Source: Spirochaetia bacterium (lineage in GTDB: Bacteria; Spirochaetota; Spirochaetia; SZUA-6; Bin103). From it: a DNA stretch of 64,000 bases. The notes beneath the pieces were generated by a model. The model saw only the letters and a program-made list of their open reading frames with translations. It was not told where the DNA came from and searched no databases. This document shows positions 63,477 through 64,000 of this stretch, piece by piece (position 1 is the first letter of the stretch; each line of letters begins with the position of its first letter). Both the position numbers and the translations under genes were made by a program. The stretch spans positions 3,168,001 to 3,232,000 of the forward strand of contig OZ241907.1 in assembly GCA_965203515.1 (NCBI GenBank), in the 5' to 3' direction.

Positions 63477-64000
63477 ATGAACGACGCTTCCTACAAGCGC
63501 CTGCTCACCCATCGGCGCATCGTCAAGGACCTGCTGGCCGGGTTCATCGCGCCCCGGCGCCCGGCCGGTTGGGCTGACGCGCTCGACTTCGACTCACTGC
63601 GCGAAGGCCCGACCGAAAACGTCGACGACGACCTGCGCCGGCGCCTTGGCGACGTCGTCTGGTCCATCGACCGCCGCGCCGCCGACGGCAGCGTGGAGAC
63701 CATGCACGTGCTGATCGAGCATCAGTCGTCGGTCGACTACGCGATGCCGCTACGGTTCCTCAACTACACCAGCCTGCTGTACCAGCGGCTCTACCGCGAC
63801 CACCGGTGGCGCAAGGGCCACACCGCCGACCCGGTGCTGCACGTGGTGCTGTACAACGGCGGCACCCGGTGGGACGCGGCGCGGTCGCTGGCGGGGTTGG
63901 TGCCGAGGCGGCAGTACGACGGAGCCGCGCAGCTTGCGCTGAGCTATGACGTGGTCGATCTGGTGGCGGCGGAAGCGGATGATCTGCCGAGGCCGAACCT
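63477..64000 (+). CDS. Second Rpn/YhgA-like gene copy; runs off the window edge
   Basis: Near-identical to 58548 onward (MNDASYKRLLTHRRI...LIEHQSSVD...VLYNGG). Confidence 0.88.
   Translation, partial: MNDASYKRLLTHRRIVKDLLAGFIAPRRPAGWADALDFDSLREGPTENVDDDLRRRLGDVVWSIDRRAADGSVETMHVLIEHQSSVDYAMPLRFLNYTSLLYQRLYRDHRWRKGHTADPVLHVVLYNGGTRWDAARSLAGLVPRRQYDGAAQLALSYDVVDLVAAEADDLPRPN

Overview
High-GC (about 70% by eye) bacterial chromosomal segment with no prophage and no CRISPR array. The gene types (type-2 IleRS, cluster-less MutY, M30-like lipoprotein, Uma2 and Rpn family genes) suggest a spirochaete-like, possibly host-associated organism; that is inference only. Left to right: an argF / M24 peptidase / DHH operon containing a 21-bp tandem repeat; tRNA-Leu(GAG) followed by a collagen-motif lipoprotein; ileS; a decayed sugar-ABC permease pair; mutM. 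Next is a large phosphate/polyphosphate neighbourhood (Pho-box-like repeats, pstSCAB, an unknown tandem-repeat lipoprotein, phoU, ppk1, ROK kinase, ppx, CHAD protein). It is interrupted by accessory DNA: a broken methyltransferase, a Uma2 nuclease, a RloAB-like pair and a heterodimeric ABC exporter. Then come a ribonucleotide reductase whose small subunit has class Ic (Mn/Fe, no radical Tyr) residues, mutY, ypdA, recD2, an AAA-ATPase/DUF3226/MNT module, korAB and surface proteins. The right end holds a plant-type glucuronokinase-like kinase paired with a nucleotidyltransferase, followed by a heavily rearranged region: SIR2 pseudogene, IS debris, repeated rpn genes with an apparent internal antitoxin start, a UDP-glucuronate epimerase and a flippase. 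Best leads: the pst-embedded repeat lipoprotein, a bacterial glucuronate-salvage pair, the class Ic RNR, and the rpn repeats with their hairpin and internal start. All family assignments come from motif recognition by eye; no searches were run.
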